This document shows positions 27,421 through 37,262 of a stretch of 64,000 nucleotides of DNA, piece by piece; positions within the stretch are counted from its first letter, which is position 1, and each line of letters starts with the position of its first letter. The notes under the pieces are model-generated. The model saw nothing but the letters and a program-made list of their open reading frames with translations. It was not told the origin of the DNA and made no database searches. The position numbers were made by a program, and so were the translations under genes. This DNA comes from Abditibacterium sp. (GTDB lineage: Bacteria > Armatimonadota > Abditibacteriia > Abditibacteriales > Abditibacteriaceae), in contig OZ251992.1 in assembly GCA_965246885.1 (NCBI GenBank), positions 1,024,001 to 1,088,000 of the forward strand, written 5' to 3'.

Positions 27421-30400
27421 ATGCCCTCTTCGTTTTCGCCGCGCCACTTTGGGCGCTCGCCGTTTGCGCGCCACGCGTCGCATTTGGCGCGCTTGCGAGG
27501 TAGGGCAAGACGGGCCAAGCGGGGGCGCGCGACCTTGGCGGTGCAAGGGTTGGGCGTCGCGGGCGCCCTCGTCACGGGTGGGCTGTTGTTCCAAAGCTGG
27601 ACGAACTGGCGCTTCAATCTCGCGGCGCAAATCGAAGTCGCGGCGCGCACGCAATACATCCCGCAGTTGGAGCGTGCATTGGGCCGCAGGGTCGAGGTCG
27701 GGCGCTTTTCGACCGATTGGCGCGGGCGCATGGTGCTTGAAAACATCGTGATTGGGCGCGACCCGCGCTTGCCGACGGGCGCGCTGTTGCAAGCCAAATC
27801 CGCAACGCTGTCGGTGGATTTGGTCGCCATCGCGCTGGGGCGGCGCGCTTTCCCGGACGCCCTGACGGGCGTGGATTTGGACGCGCCGCAGCTATATATC
27901 CGCCGCGACGCACGCGGGGCGTTCAACCTCGCCTCGCTCTTTAAGGGGTCGGGCAGCGCGGGCAAGCGCTGGAGCGGGCGCATCGGTTTTACCCATGCGC
28001 GGCTGGTATATCTCGATACCGGGATCCTCAACCGGCGCCGTCAGCCGCTTTTTCTCGATGCGCGCGGCGGGGCGGGGGGGGTAATGGTGTCGTCGCCGAC
28101 TCCCGACGCGAGCGCCTTTGAGTTCGAGGCGCGCACGGCGCGCACGCTGCTGCGGGGCGATGAGTTGGGCGCGCTTCCCGTGCGTGGACGGGTGGTCGCG
28201 GCGAGCCGTGCGCCCTTGCGTGGCTGGGTCGAGGCGCAAACGAGCGTTCCCCTGCCCGCGACGCTTCCCGCGCAGTGGGCGGCGCTGCCCTTTGCGGTGC
28301 GGGCGGGCACCTTCGAGGGCAGCGTCCAATTGGCGTGGGCGAAGGGCGCCGTTGCGCGCCGGGGAAGCGTGCGCTTGCAGGGTGTGGCGCTGTCGGTTCC
28401 GCGCGGGGCGAACGGGGCGCCCGTTGCGGTTGAGAACTTAAACGGCCCGCTCCGCTTTGTCGGGAGCGCGCTCGAAACGGCGGGCATGTCGGCGCAAGTG
28501 GCGGGCGCACCCGTCGCCGTCCGAGGCCGCGCGGCACTGGCGGCGGGGGAAATGGTCTTCGACGGGAGTGTGCGCGCCCCGGCGTTGCCAATGGCGACCG
28601 TGCGGCAACTGCTCGGCCCGAACACCCTGCCCGCCAACCTCGGCGCGGCCACGCTGAACATCGCCGCGCACGCGAGTGGCACGGGGCACACGCTGCGCGC
28701 CGACGGCACAGTCGAGGCGAAGAAAGTTAGCTGGCGCGGGCCGCGTGGGGGTGTCGCGCACGCGCCGCTTCTCCGTGCGACGGGCGTGATTGTCCGCAAT
28801 GGGACGGCGCCCCTCGCTTATGCCGCGCGCTTCGAGGCGCCAAACGCCGACTTCGCGGGCGACGTGCCGGGCGCAAACCGCGTGGCGGCGCGCGCCGCGA
28901 ACTGGACGGGCACCATTCGCAGTGCGGGCAAGGTGCTGGATATGAATGCCCATGCCGCCGACCTGCTCATGTCGTCGCCCAAGTGGGGCTATGCGCGCGC
29001 GCCGGGGGGGCAGTTGGTCGCTTCGACGGGCGGGGAGGGCGTTTGGCGGGGGCAGTTGGACATAGCGCGCGCGCAAACGGCGGGGCTGAAACTGGCGGCG
29101 TTGTCGCCGCGCGCGGGTTTAGTAGAGCGGACGGGGCTGTTGTCGGCGCGGGTCAATTTCGCGGGCGACCCGGCCCACATGAACGCGGCGCGGCTCGCGG
29201 GGGCGGTGTCGCTGAGCGAGGCGGCGCTGTCGCCCGCCGCAATCCCACCCGCCACACGCGCGCAGTTAATGCGGGTGTTCGGGGCGGGCTTCGACGCGCG
29301 ACGCTTTCTGGTCGGGCGGGATTTGGCGGCGCGGGTGTCGATCGAGAAGGGGGTGCTCCATGTTGCGGGAGCCACGATGCAAACTGAGGGCGGCCTTGTG
29401 TCGGGTGCGCTGTCAACGCCGTTATCCGCGCCCAATCCGCGCTATTCCTTTGCGCTACCCCAACTGCGCGTGCCGCGCAGTGTACTCGAAGCGGCGGCGC
29501 GCGCGCGAGGCGTGGAAGTCGGCGGCGATTGGGGTGCGACGGGCGCAGTATCGGGCGAGGGTGACGCGCGCGGCGTGGCCGTGCGCGCCAATATCGCGGT
29601 GCTGGCGCCGCAGTTCGCGGTGCGGGGCAGGGCGGGCGGGGCGCGTTTGGTTGGAAGCGGGGCACGCTTGGTCGTGCGCGCTAATGTCGGCGGCGCGGCG
29701 CCGGGGTGGAACGCGCTGCTGTCGTGCTCGGCGCTCGGCGTAACGGGAAGCGGCGCTTTGGGCGCGAGCGGTTTGGTCATCCCTCCGACGCTGGGCGGCG
29801 CGCGCATGGCGGGCGCCCGCATCGCCGCAACTTCCTTGCCCCGCGCGCGTTGGACGATGAGTTTGGATGCAGCGCATCTGGCGTTACCCGTGCACGCGGT
29901 CGCGGGCGCTCCCCTCGTGACGCTGCGCGAAGTGGCGGCGGTCGTGCATCCCGCGCGCGAGGGCGTTTCCGTCGAGCGAGTCGCGGCGAACTGGGGGGCG
30001 GCGGGGCGCTTGGACGGGGCGCTGCTCCTTGATGGGCGCGGTTTGTCGGGGCAACTGTTGGGGCGCGGCTTGGAAGCGCGGGCGCTGCAAACTCTGCTCG
30101 CTCCGGCGTCGGCGCGGGCGGGAACGCTGGCGGGCGCGATAGAAGGGCAAGTGACGCTCGCGCCCGATGCGGCGCCGCGCTTTGCGGGGCAGATGGCGCG
30201 GGGCACTCTAACGCTCGCGGGACGGCGCGAGCCGCTTGCGTTGCGCAGTGTGGCGCTGTCGGGCCAAAGTGAAACGGGCGGCGTGCGCGTGGATACGTTC
30301 GCGGGTTGGCTGAACGGGGCGCGGGTCAGTGGCGTGGGGAGCGCACAGTTTGCGGTGGGGCAGTACGCGGGGCGGGTGCAATTGGCGGGGCTAACGCTGG

Positions 30401-33400
30401 CACCGCTCGCGCGCTTGGTAGGGGCGCCGCCGCTCGATGGGTTGGCGCGGGCGGACGTGAAGTTGTCCTTTAATGCGCCGCGCTCGTTCTTTGCTTTAGA
30501 TGGGCGTGTGCATCTGGACGGCGGGGCGTTTCGGGGCGCTTCGCTGGACGCGAGCGAGGCGCTGGTGCACGGCAACTGGGACACGAAGGCGGGGGAGGGG
30601 GCGCTGAAACTGAGCGATTGGCGCGGGGAATGGGAAGGCGCACCATTCGCGGGGGCGCTGGCGCTCGATACGCGGGCAAACGCGTGGGGTTTGCAGTTGG
30701 CGGCGCCGAGTATCTCGCTCGCGCGGGCGGCGCGGCTCAAAGCGCGCTTGCAAAGCCCGACCGCGCCGGGCGCGGTGCTCATGAGTCTAACGCCGCCCGT
30801 CGAAGGAAGCGCGAGCGTGGTGTTGGACGTGGGCGGGAGTTTGCGCGACCGGTCGCGCGCTTTCGCGCCGCGCCTTGCGACGGGGCTGGCGCGCTTGGGG
30901 GTGCCGGTCTTGAAGTGGCGCGCGGCGACGTTGGGAGCACTCGATGGCACCTTCAACGTGGCGAAGGGGCGCTTGGAGTTTTCTTCGTTGCAACTGACGC
31001 CGCCCGACAAGGGCGACGGGAGTGGGCGGGCGCCGACCATCTCGCTGTTGGGAAGCGTTCCGCTCGATGGGCACTCTGGCCCGCTCGATGCGCGGCTGAG
31101 CATCGGCGAGGCGCCGCTCGACTTCTTTCTGGAAGCCTTGAAAGAAGGGCGTGACGCGCTCGCGGCGAGCGCTTATTCGTCGCCGTTCCTCGATACGGCG
31201 GTGAAGTATGCGGGCGGTTTGCCGCGCGGGTTGCAGGGGCGGGTCGCTTTGGAAGCGCACTTTGGCGGCTCGTTCGCGGCGCCGGTGCTCACTGTTTCGC
31301 GCCTCGCGCTACGGGACGGGCGGGCGCCGCTTCCGCTCGGTGGGTTGTCGCTTCCGGCCACGCTGGACGCGGCCTTTACCTTTTCCTCTGGCGATGTGAC
31401 GTTTGAGCGCGCGCAGTTCCGGCTCGCCAAGGTCGAGCGCGAGCCGCTTGCGCCCTCCGTCGCGGGCGCCTCGCCGCCCGACCCGAACGCGCCCGAAGAA
31501 GACGACACGCTCGTGCAAGTGCAGTCCGGCTCGAAGCTGTCCCTCTTGGGGGAGTCGAGCCTGTCCGCCGACGTGCTCAACGCCAACCTGTCGCAACTCG
31601 CGCCTTGGGTTCCGGCGCTACGTGGCAAAGACGGCGAGCCGCTTTTGAGCGGGCAGTTGGAAGGCTTCTCGTTCGCGGTGGCAGGCGCGGCGGTAGACCC
31701 GAAGGTGACGGCCTCGGTGGATGCGCAAAACATCGCCTTTCGCGGCGTCAAGCTCCAGCGTTTGCGCATCGCGCGCTTGGAGATTGGCGGCGGGCAAGCG
31801 AAGATAGCCCCCGGCAACCTGTCGGTGAAGGAGGGCCGCTTCGAGTCGAGCGCCGCGTCAGGAAGCGTCGCGTTCGATTGGCGGCAAGGGCTGGTGCCCG
31901 ATGGGGCGCTCCAGTTGCGCTTCCCGCTTGCCACCAAGGACTTTGGCGCCCTCGCCACCCTCTTCGTGCCGCAGGTGGCCGACGCGCGGGCGGAAGGGTT
32001 CACCGGCTTGGTGGAAGTGGGCGGGAGTCTGAGCGCGCCGCAGTTTTCGGGCGAGGTGCACTTGCAAAACGCGGCGTTTCAAACCGCGCCCAAAACGGTG
32101 TCGTCGTTCGCGGTCGGGGTGCGTGGGTTGAGCGGCGCGCTGCGCTTTGTCGGGGGGAATCGCTTGGAGATTGCGCCCGATGCGCCCTTGTCCGGCGAAC
32201 TGGTGGCGCCCGAAGCGGCGCCGACGCCACCCGCTAAAGGAACTGCCAAGGCCCGCGCCGTTGCGGCACCTGACAACGGCGCGTTTCGGGTGCGCGGCGC
32301 GTTCAATGTGCGCGGCTCGATCGGGTTGGGGCAAACGGATTTGACCGCGCTTTCTGCCGACATCCCGGCGGCACTGGCGGCCAACACCTACGACCTGCGC
32401 CTCGACCTCGCGCGGGCGCGCTTCGACTCACCCAGCGTGAGCGGCGTCCAAAACGCCGACTTTTCCGCGAGCTTTGCGACAACCAACGCCCAAGACCCGG
32501 CGCACTCGCAAACGCTGCGCTGGATTGGCGCAGGGCAGGGCGTGAAACCGGAAAAGACGCTGGGTGAAGGCGAGATACTCACGCGCGGCGCCCTCCAATT
32601 GCCGCCGGACTTCGCGTCGGGTTTTGCGGCCATCGCGCGCGCGACGCCGCTTGCATGGGTAAGCGGCAACCGCGATTTGCCCAACTCACTCGCCGCCGCG
32701 CGCGCGAGCAACGCCGCTTTTGGCGACGCGCGTCCGCAACTGGTTTTTAAAGCATTCGGCGCCAAAGCGGTGGGCTACGGCGGCGGCGTGTTGGACGGCG
32801 CCTTAGTGCTCGACAAGGCGCCCGCGCAAAACCGCGCTCCGGGTGCGGCGCGCTTGCAAACCATCTCCGGCTTCCCGTCGCTGCGCCCGTTGGAAGGCGA
32901 AAGCGGCGCGCGCTTGTTCGGAGCGTGGCACGAAACGGCGACAGCGCTAACGGGCAAGGCGAGGGTGCGCGAGGTGCAAGACACGACCGAGGGCGGCGCC
33001 CCGGAGTTGCCCTTGCGCTTGGGGGGCAACTTACAAGTCTCGAACGCGCAAATCGTCGGCGGCGGAACGGGCGATGGGCCAGTGACGCGGCTCTCGCTTT
33101 TGCCCGACGCGCCGCGCTTGGACGTGCGCCTCGCGCTGGGAAGCGATGTGGAGTTGGTTAACTCGTCGCTACATGCGCGCTTGGGCGGGGACTTGGCGCT
33201 GTCGGGCGTGCCATCGAGTCCGCTTCTGCTGGGCACGGTCGAGGTGCTGGATGGGCAGGTGCGCTTTCCCAACTCGCGGGCGCGCATAGACGAAGGGCGA
33301 GTTTCCATCAATATGGCGCGCGACCCGGAAACCGACCTGCCGCGCACGCGCCTCGAAGTGGACGCGACCGCGCACGGGCAGGCGGGCCGCTACGCCGTGA

Positions 33401-33897
33401 CGCTCCATCTGCGCGGCCCGGTTCAACTGGACGCGCGCGGCGGGGGAGAAAACGTGAACTTTCATGTGGATGCCACGTCCAACCCGCCACTTTCGCAAGA
33501 TCAAGTGTTCGCGCAGTTGCTGGGCGTTATGCCCAGTGGATCCGGGAGTGCGGGAGTTGGCCCGACGAATCAGGCTTATGCGCAAGCGGTCTTGCAGGTC
33601 GTGTCGGCGCCGTTCTTTTCCGGCTTCGAGCGTGGCGTGGCGGAAGCGTTGGGCTTGTCGAGCGTATCGTTTGAATACCGCTTCAACGAGCCGCTTGCGT
33701 TTGAGTTCTCGAAAGCACTGGGCAACCGGGTGCTGGTGACGTATCGGCGCAGTTTGGGCGCGACCGCCACTTCCGACGGGCGCACGCCCTACCAACTGCG
33801 GTTGGACTACCGGCTCAAGGGGAACTTGTACGTGGGGGCGCAGCAAGATCAGCGCGGAGTGAGAACCCTGACTTTGGGGAAAAATTGGAGTTTTTAA
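27421..33897 (+). CDS. tamB: TamB/AsmA-family translocation and assembly module protein
   Basis: About 2150 aa, single N-terminal TM, long amphipathic beta-rich body, C-terminal SNPPLSQDQV DUF490-like region. Confidence 0.8.
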   Translation: MPSSFSPRHFGRSPFARHASHLARLRGRARRAKRGRATLAVQGLGVAGALVTGGLLFQSWTNWRFNLAAQIEVAARTQYIPQLERALGRRVEVGRFSTDWRGRMVLENIVIGRDPRLPTGALLQAKSATLSVDLVAIALGRRAFPDALTGVDLDAPQLYIRRDARGAFNLASLFKGSGSAGKRWSGRIGFTHARLVYLDTGILNRRRQPLFLDARGGAGGVMVSSPTPDASAFEFEARTARTLLRGDELGALPVRGRVVAASRAPLRGWVEAQTSVPLPATLPAQWAALPFAVRAGTFEGSVQLAWAKGAVARRGSVRLQGVALSVPRGANGAPVAVENLNGPLRFVGSALETAGMSAQVAGAPVAVRGRAALAAGEMVFDGSVRAPALPMATVRQLLGPNTLPANLGAATLNIAAHASGTGHTLRADGTVEAKKVSWRGPRGGVAHAPLLRATGVIVRNGTAPLAYAARFEAPNADFAGDVPGANRVAARAANWTGTIRSAGKVLDMNAHAADLLMSSPKWGYARAPGGQLVASTGGEGVWRGQLDIARAQTAGLKLAALSPRAGLVERTGLLSARVNFAGDPAHMNAARLAGAVSLSEAALSPAAIPPATRAQLMRVFGAGFDARRFLVGRDLAARVSIEKGVLHVAGATMQTEGGLVSGALSTPLSAPNPRYSFALPQLRVPRSVLEAAARARGVEVGGDWGATGAVSGEGDARGVAVRANIAVLAPQFAVRGRAGGARLVGSGARLVVRANVGGAAPGWNALLSCSALGVTGSGALGASGLVIPPTLGGARMAGARIAATSLPRARWTMSLDAAHLALPVHAVAGAPLVTLREVAAVVHPAREGVSVERVAANWGAAGRLDGALLLDGRGLSGQLLGRGLEARALQTLLAPASARAGTLAGAIEGQVTLAPDAAPRFAGQMARGTLTLAGRREPLALRSVALSGQSETGGVRVDTFAGWLNGARVSGVGSAQFAVGQYAGRVQLAGLTLAPLARLVGAPPLDGLARADVKLSFNAPRSFFALDGRVHLDGGAFRGASLDASEALVHGNWDTKAGEGALKLSDWRGEWEGAPFAGALALDTRANAWGLQLAAPSISLARAARLKARLQSPTAPGAVLMSLTPPVEGSASVVLDVGGSLRDRSRAFAPRLATGLARLGVPVLKWRAATLGALDGTFNVAKGRLEFSSLQLTPPDKGDGSGRAPTISLLGSVPLDGHSGPLDARLSIGEAPLDFFLEALKEGRDALAASAYSSPFLDTAVKYAGGLPRGLQGRVALEAHFGGSFAAPVLTVSRLALRDGRAPLPLGGLSLPATLDAAFTFSSGDVTFERAQFRLAKVEREPLAPSVAGASPPDPNAPEEDDTLVQVQSGSKLSLLGESSLSADVLNANLSQLAPWVPALRGKDGEPLLSGQLEGFSFAVAGAAVDPKVTASVDAQNIAFRGVKLQRLRIARLEIGGGQAKIAPGNLSVKEGRFESSAASGSVAFDWRQGLVPDGALQLRFPLATKDFGALATLFVPQVADARAEGFTGLVEVGGSLSAPQFSGEVHLQNAAFQTAPKTVSSFAVGVRGLSGALRFVGGNRLEIAPDAPLSGELVAPEAAPTPPAKGTAKARAVAAPDNGAFRVRGAFNVRGSIGLGQTDLTALSADIPAALAANTYDLRLDLARARFDSPSVSGVQNADFSASFATTNAQDPAHSQTLRWIGAGQGVKPEKTLGEGEILTRGALQLPPDFASGFAAIARATPLAWVSGNRDLPNSLAAARASNAAFGDARPQLVFKAFGAKAVGYGGGVLDGALVLDKAPAQNRAPGAARLQTISGFPSLRPLEGESGARLFGAWHETATALTGKARVREVQDTTEGGAPELPLRLGGNLQVSNAQIVGGGTGDGPVTRLSLLPDAPRLDVRLALGSDVELVNSSLHARLGGDLALSGVPSSPLLLGTVEVLDGQVRFPNSRARIDEGRVSINMARDPETDLPRTRLEVDATAHGQAGRYAVTLHLRGPVQLDARGGGENVNFHVDATSNPPLSQDQVFAQLLGVMPSGSGSAGVGPTNQAYAQAVLQVVSAPFFSGFERGVAEALGLSSVSFEYRFNEPLAFEFSKALGNRVLVTYRRSLGATATSDGRTPYQLRLDYRLKGNLYVGAQQDQRGVRTLTLGKNWSF

Positions 33898-34020
33898 AGA
33901 AAAGCGGGCAAACTGTGGTTAGAGAACCCGCCCGGCGGGGAATAGTAAAGGGCGCCCGTTCGCGTTTTTCGCCGCAAGGCGTCAAACTGAGTGCAGAAAG
34001 AGTAGCACAAGGACTTAAAG

Positions 34021-34707
34021 TTGATGTTTTTCAATCGCTTCGCGCCCGCTAACCCCCCCGCCGACGAGCCGGACAAGCCCGGTCACGCCGAGTTTGAAGC
34101 CGTCGTAGCGCGCTATCACACCAAGGTCTTCCAGCTTGTCTACCGCTACACCGGCGACTACGAAGAAGCCGCCGACCTCACGCAGGACACCTTCGTGCGC
34201 GCGTTCAATGCGTGGGACGAGTTCCGGGGCGACTCGCAGGTCTACACGTGGCTGTATCGCATCGCGCTGAATCTTTGCCACAACCAACAAAAGCGCTTGC
34301 AGCGCCGCTACCGCATGGAACGCTGGTCGCTCGATCAAACCCCCGACGACGACTTCGACTCGCGCGGCCCCCTCGAAGTCGCCGATGAGCGCCCCTTGCC
34401 CTTGCAAAAGCTGGAAGGCGAGGAAGTGCGCCACCGTTTGCGCGAAGCCCTGATGGACTTGCCCGAAAACTACCGCGTCGTCATCGTCCTGCGCGACATC
34501 GAAGGCCTGACCTACGAAGAAATCGCCCGCGTGACCGACTCCACCCTCGAAGCCATCAAGTCGAGACTGTTCCGCGCCCGCCAAACCCTGCGCCGCTCGC
34601 TCGAACCCTACATGAACGGCGGCTTTGAACCCGTCCCCGACCACGTCGTCGCGGTCAAACCCAAACTCCCCCAAGCCCCCAAAGACGCGCTCCGCGCGCG
34701 ACGGTAA
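34021..34707 (+). CDS. ECF sigma-70 factor (RpoE/SigW-like)
   Basis: AADLTQDTF, YTWLYRIALN, LRDIEGLTYEEIA, IKSRLFRAR. Confidence 0.93.
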   Translation: MMFFNRFAPANPPADEPDKPGHAEFEAVVARYHTKVFQLVYRYTGDYEEAADLTQDTFVRAFNAWDEFRGDSQVYTWLYRIALNLCHNQQKRLQRRYRMERWSLDQTPDDDFDSRGPLEVADERPLPLQKLEGEEVRHRLREALMDLPENYRVVIVLRDIEGLTYEEIARVTDSTLEAIKSRLFRARQTLRRSLEPYMNGGFEPVPDHVVAVKPKLPQAPKDALRARR

Positions 34708-34715
34708 AGCCCTAA

Positions 34716-34745
34716 AACGCCCGCTTCCCTTTGGAGGCGGGCGTT
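34716..34745. terminator. Hairpin between convergent genes
   Basis: AACGCCCGCTTCC-CTTT-GGAGGCGGGCGTT. Confidence 0.65.
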
Positions 34746-34758
34746 CGATTTGTCGTGG

Positions 34759-35082
34759 TCAACCCCCAATTATGTCATCCACGTCCCAATCTTGCTCGAA
34801 GTCTCGCTCGCCGAAAATGCAATCCCATTCGAGCGGCAACTTCCACGACTCCCAACAGACAAGAACAAGGCAATCCATATCCTTAAGCGCCCAATCAGCC
34901 CCGAAGCCCTCTTCAACGAAGCCGCGAATGTTGCCTTCGATCTCATCCAGTGGCACGTCAACGGCGCCAGCGACTTCCGGGCCGCAGTAATGAACCAACC
35001 GGCAGCGCACAAAACGGTGTTGACGCGACCACTCGCGGAACTCTTGGAGCCGTTGCTCGGCTTTCGTTTGGGGATACATCAT
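34759..35082 (-). CDS. Hypothetical protein
   Basis: Starts immediately after the pheA stop; Trp/Cys/acidic-rich, no recognised motif. Confidence 0.55.
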   Translation of the reverse strand: MMYPQTKAEQRLQEFREWSRQHRFVRCRLVHYCGPEVAGAVDVPLDEIEGNIRGFVEEGFGADWALKDMDCLVLVCWESWKLPLEWDCIFGERDFEQDWDVDDIIGG

Positions 35083-35083
35083 G

Positions 35084-36196
35084 CTACGCTTCCGGGTAGG
35101 AACCCAGAATCTTGAACGAGACGGTGTGGGCGCGCAGTTCTTCCCACACGGCTTGGAGGCGGGCGTCGTTTTGGTGGCCGGACACGTCGGCGAAGAAGCG
35201 GTATTCCCATGCGGCTTGGCGCGACGGGCGGGATTGGATCATCGAAACGTTGACGCCCGCGCGCGCGAAGACGGCGAGGACTTCGGCCAAGGAACCGGGT
35301 TTGTGCGGCGTCAGGAAGGTGAGCGAGGTCTTGTCGTGGCCGCTTGGGGCGGGCGTTTTGTCCGATGTGGCGACGACGTAGAAGCGGGTTTTGTTGCCCG
35401 CGATGTCTTCGATGTTGCGCGCGGCGATTTGCAGGGCGTAGATGTCGGCGGCCAGAGCCGAGGAGATGGCGGCGGCGCCCGCTTCGCGCGCGGCCATTTC
35501 CGCGCCGCGCGCCGTCGAAGTGACGGGCACGAGTGCGGCGCCGGGGAGATGCGCGCCCAGCCAGCCCCGGCACTGTGCGATGCCTTGTTCGTGCGAGTAA
35601 ATGGTGGTGATGGCGCCCAGAGCGGCGTTGGAAACGAGGCAGTGGTGAATGGGCAGTTCGACTTCGGCGATGATGGACAAATTGGCGCCTGCGAGCAAGT
35701 CGAGGTTGGCGGGGACGAGGCCCTGAATGGAATTCTCGATGGCTATGACAGCGTAATCGGCGCCGCCCGACGCGACGGCGCGGCACGCTTCGTCGGGCGT
35801 GGCGCACGGCCAGCCTTCGACGGCGCTGCCGAAGAATTGGATGGCGGCTTCTTGCGTATTGGTTCCGGCGGGGCCGAGAAACGCGACGCGCACGGGGTGT
35901 TCGGCGGCGCGGCACGCGGAGATGATCTCGCGGAAGATGGCGGAAATGGCGGCAGGCGGGAGGTCGCCGCCCGCTTCGAGTTGCTTTTGGCGCAGGCGCT
36001 CGTAGATGAGCCTTTCGCGCGCGGGGTCGTGGAGCGGCCAGCCGTTGCGCTTCTTTATCTCGCCTACATGAAGGGCGCACTCGACGCGCTCTTGCAAGAG
36101 CGTCAAAAGCTGCGAATCGAGGGCGTCAATGCGCGCGCGCCACTCGCCCAGTTCATCGTTGGGCGCGGCGCCGGGGTTGTCTTGCGGGAAATTCAT
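35084..36196 (-). CDS. pheA: Chorismate mutase/prephenate dehydratase
   Basis: RARIDALD CM domain, FLGPAGT, IENSIQG, NKTRF, IQSRPS, LGSYP. Confidence 0.95.
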   Translation of the reverse strand: MNFPQDNPGAAPNDELGEWRARIDALDSQLLTLLQERVECALHVGEIKKRNGWPLHDPARERLIYERLRQKQLEAGGDLPPAAISAIFREIISACRAAEHPVRVAFLGPAGTNTQEAAIQFFGSAVEGWPCATPDEACRAVASGGADYAVIAIENSIQGLVPANLDLLAGANLSIIAEVELPIHHCLVSNAALGAITTIYSHEQGIAQCRGWLGAHLPGAALVPVTSTARGAEMAAREAGAAAISSALAADIYALQIAARNIEDIAGNKTRFYVVATSDKTPAPSGHDKTSLTFLTPHKPGSLAEVLAVFARAGVNVSMIQSRPSRQAAWEYRFFADVSGHQNDARLQAVWEELRAHTVSFKILGSYPEA

Positions 36197-36259
36197 ACCC
36201 CAGAATTTACCGCAAGCGAGCGACTTTCTCCCAAATGCCCCATCCTATAAGGCACGATT

Positions 36260-37078
36260 ATGGTTCGACCCGCCGATTTGGAACCCATCCAAGGCCGCAT
36301 GAAGGAGATTCCGGCCAATCTCGTCGTCAAATGCCCCGGTTGCGGCACGATGCTCGTCACCAAGGATTACGTGCGCGATTTGCGCGTGTGCGCGCGCTGT
36401 GGCCACAACGGGCGCTTGAGTGCGCGCGAGCGCATTGACCTTTTGGTCGAAGACTTCGCCGAGTGGGACGCCGGACTTGCGCCGCGCGACCCGCTCGCTT
36501 TTCCCGAATACTCCGCCAAAATGGGTGGCGCGCAACTCAAGACGGGCGCCCACGATTCCTTGCTGTCGGGCGTCGGCGACTTAAGCGGGCGCGCGGTCGC
36601 CCTCGCCGCCAGCGACTTCGGCTTCATGGGCGGCTCGATGGGCAGCGTTTTCGGCGAAAGATTAACCCGCCTCTTCGAGCGTGCCCTCAAAGAGCGGCTC
36701 CCCGTCATCACCGCCACCTCGACGGGCGGCGCGCGGATGCAAGAAGGCTTGCTCAGCCTGATGCAAATGCCCAAAACCAGCGCCGCCGTTGGACGCCTGC
36801 GCGCGGCGGGCTTGCCGTTTCTGTCCCTGCTCACCGACCCTTCGACCGGCGGCGTGCAAGCCTCCTTCGCCTCCTTAGGCGACCTGCTCATCGCCGAACC
36901 GGGCGCGCTGATTGGCTTCACCGGCGCCCGCATCATCGAGCAAAACTTCCGCGTCAAACTGCCCCGCGACTTCCAAACCGCCGAGTTCCAACTGGCGCAC
37001 GGACAAATAGACCTGATCATCCCGCGCGCCAAACTCAAGGAGGAATTGGGGGTGATTCTGGGGTTGTTGATGGGTTAG
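36260..37078 (+). CDS. accD: Acetyl-CoA carboxylase carboxyltransferase beta
   Basis: CPGC/CARC zinc ribbon, FMGGSMG, GGARMQEG, FQTAEF. Confidence 0.96.
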   Translation: MVRPADLEPIQGRMKEIPANLVVKCPGCGTMLVTKDYVRDLRVCARCGHNGRLSARERIDLLVEDFAEWDAGLAPRDPLAFPEYSAKMGGAQLKTGAHDSLLSGVGDLSGRAVALAASDFGFMGGSMGSVFGERLTRLFERALKERLPVITATSTGGARMQEGLLSLMQMPKTSAAVGRLRAAGLPFLSLLTDPSTGGVQASFASLGDLLIAEPGALIGFTGARIIEQNFRVKLPRDFQTAEFQLAHGQIDLIIPRAKLKEELGVILGLLMG

Positions 37079-37095
37079 AAAATTCAGGTTGCCCA

Positions 37096-37237
37096 GTGCC
37101 CCATCTATGCCCCGGCGACTGAAGTCGCGGGCAACTCACAGCGCAACCTCCCTGCGGAGGCTGGAAACGCAGTCGGCGCAGGCCGACTTCGCTGTGAGTT
37201 GCCCGCGACTTCAGTCGCCGGGGCATAGATGGGGCAC
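37096..37237. repeat. Palindromic element with perfect 48-bp inverted arms (GCGACTGAAGTCGC family)
   Basis: Arms at 37096-37143 and 37190-37237 enclose two small hairpins. Confidence 0.95.
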
Positions 37238-37262
37238 AAAGCATAAGACTAAAATTAAATTC

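Noticed and set aside
29442..31103. 553-aa minus-strand ORF and similar long overlapping ORFs throughout the window
   Set aside because: Low-complexity Ala/Arg/Pro/Ser shadow frames of well-supported genes.
37089..37262. N-terminal extension of AccA in the ORF track
   Set aside because: It is a translation of the palindromic element; AccA similarity starts at ATG 37263.
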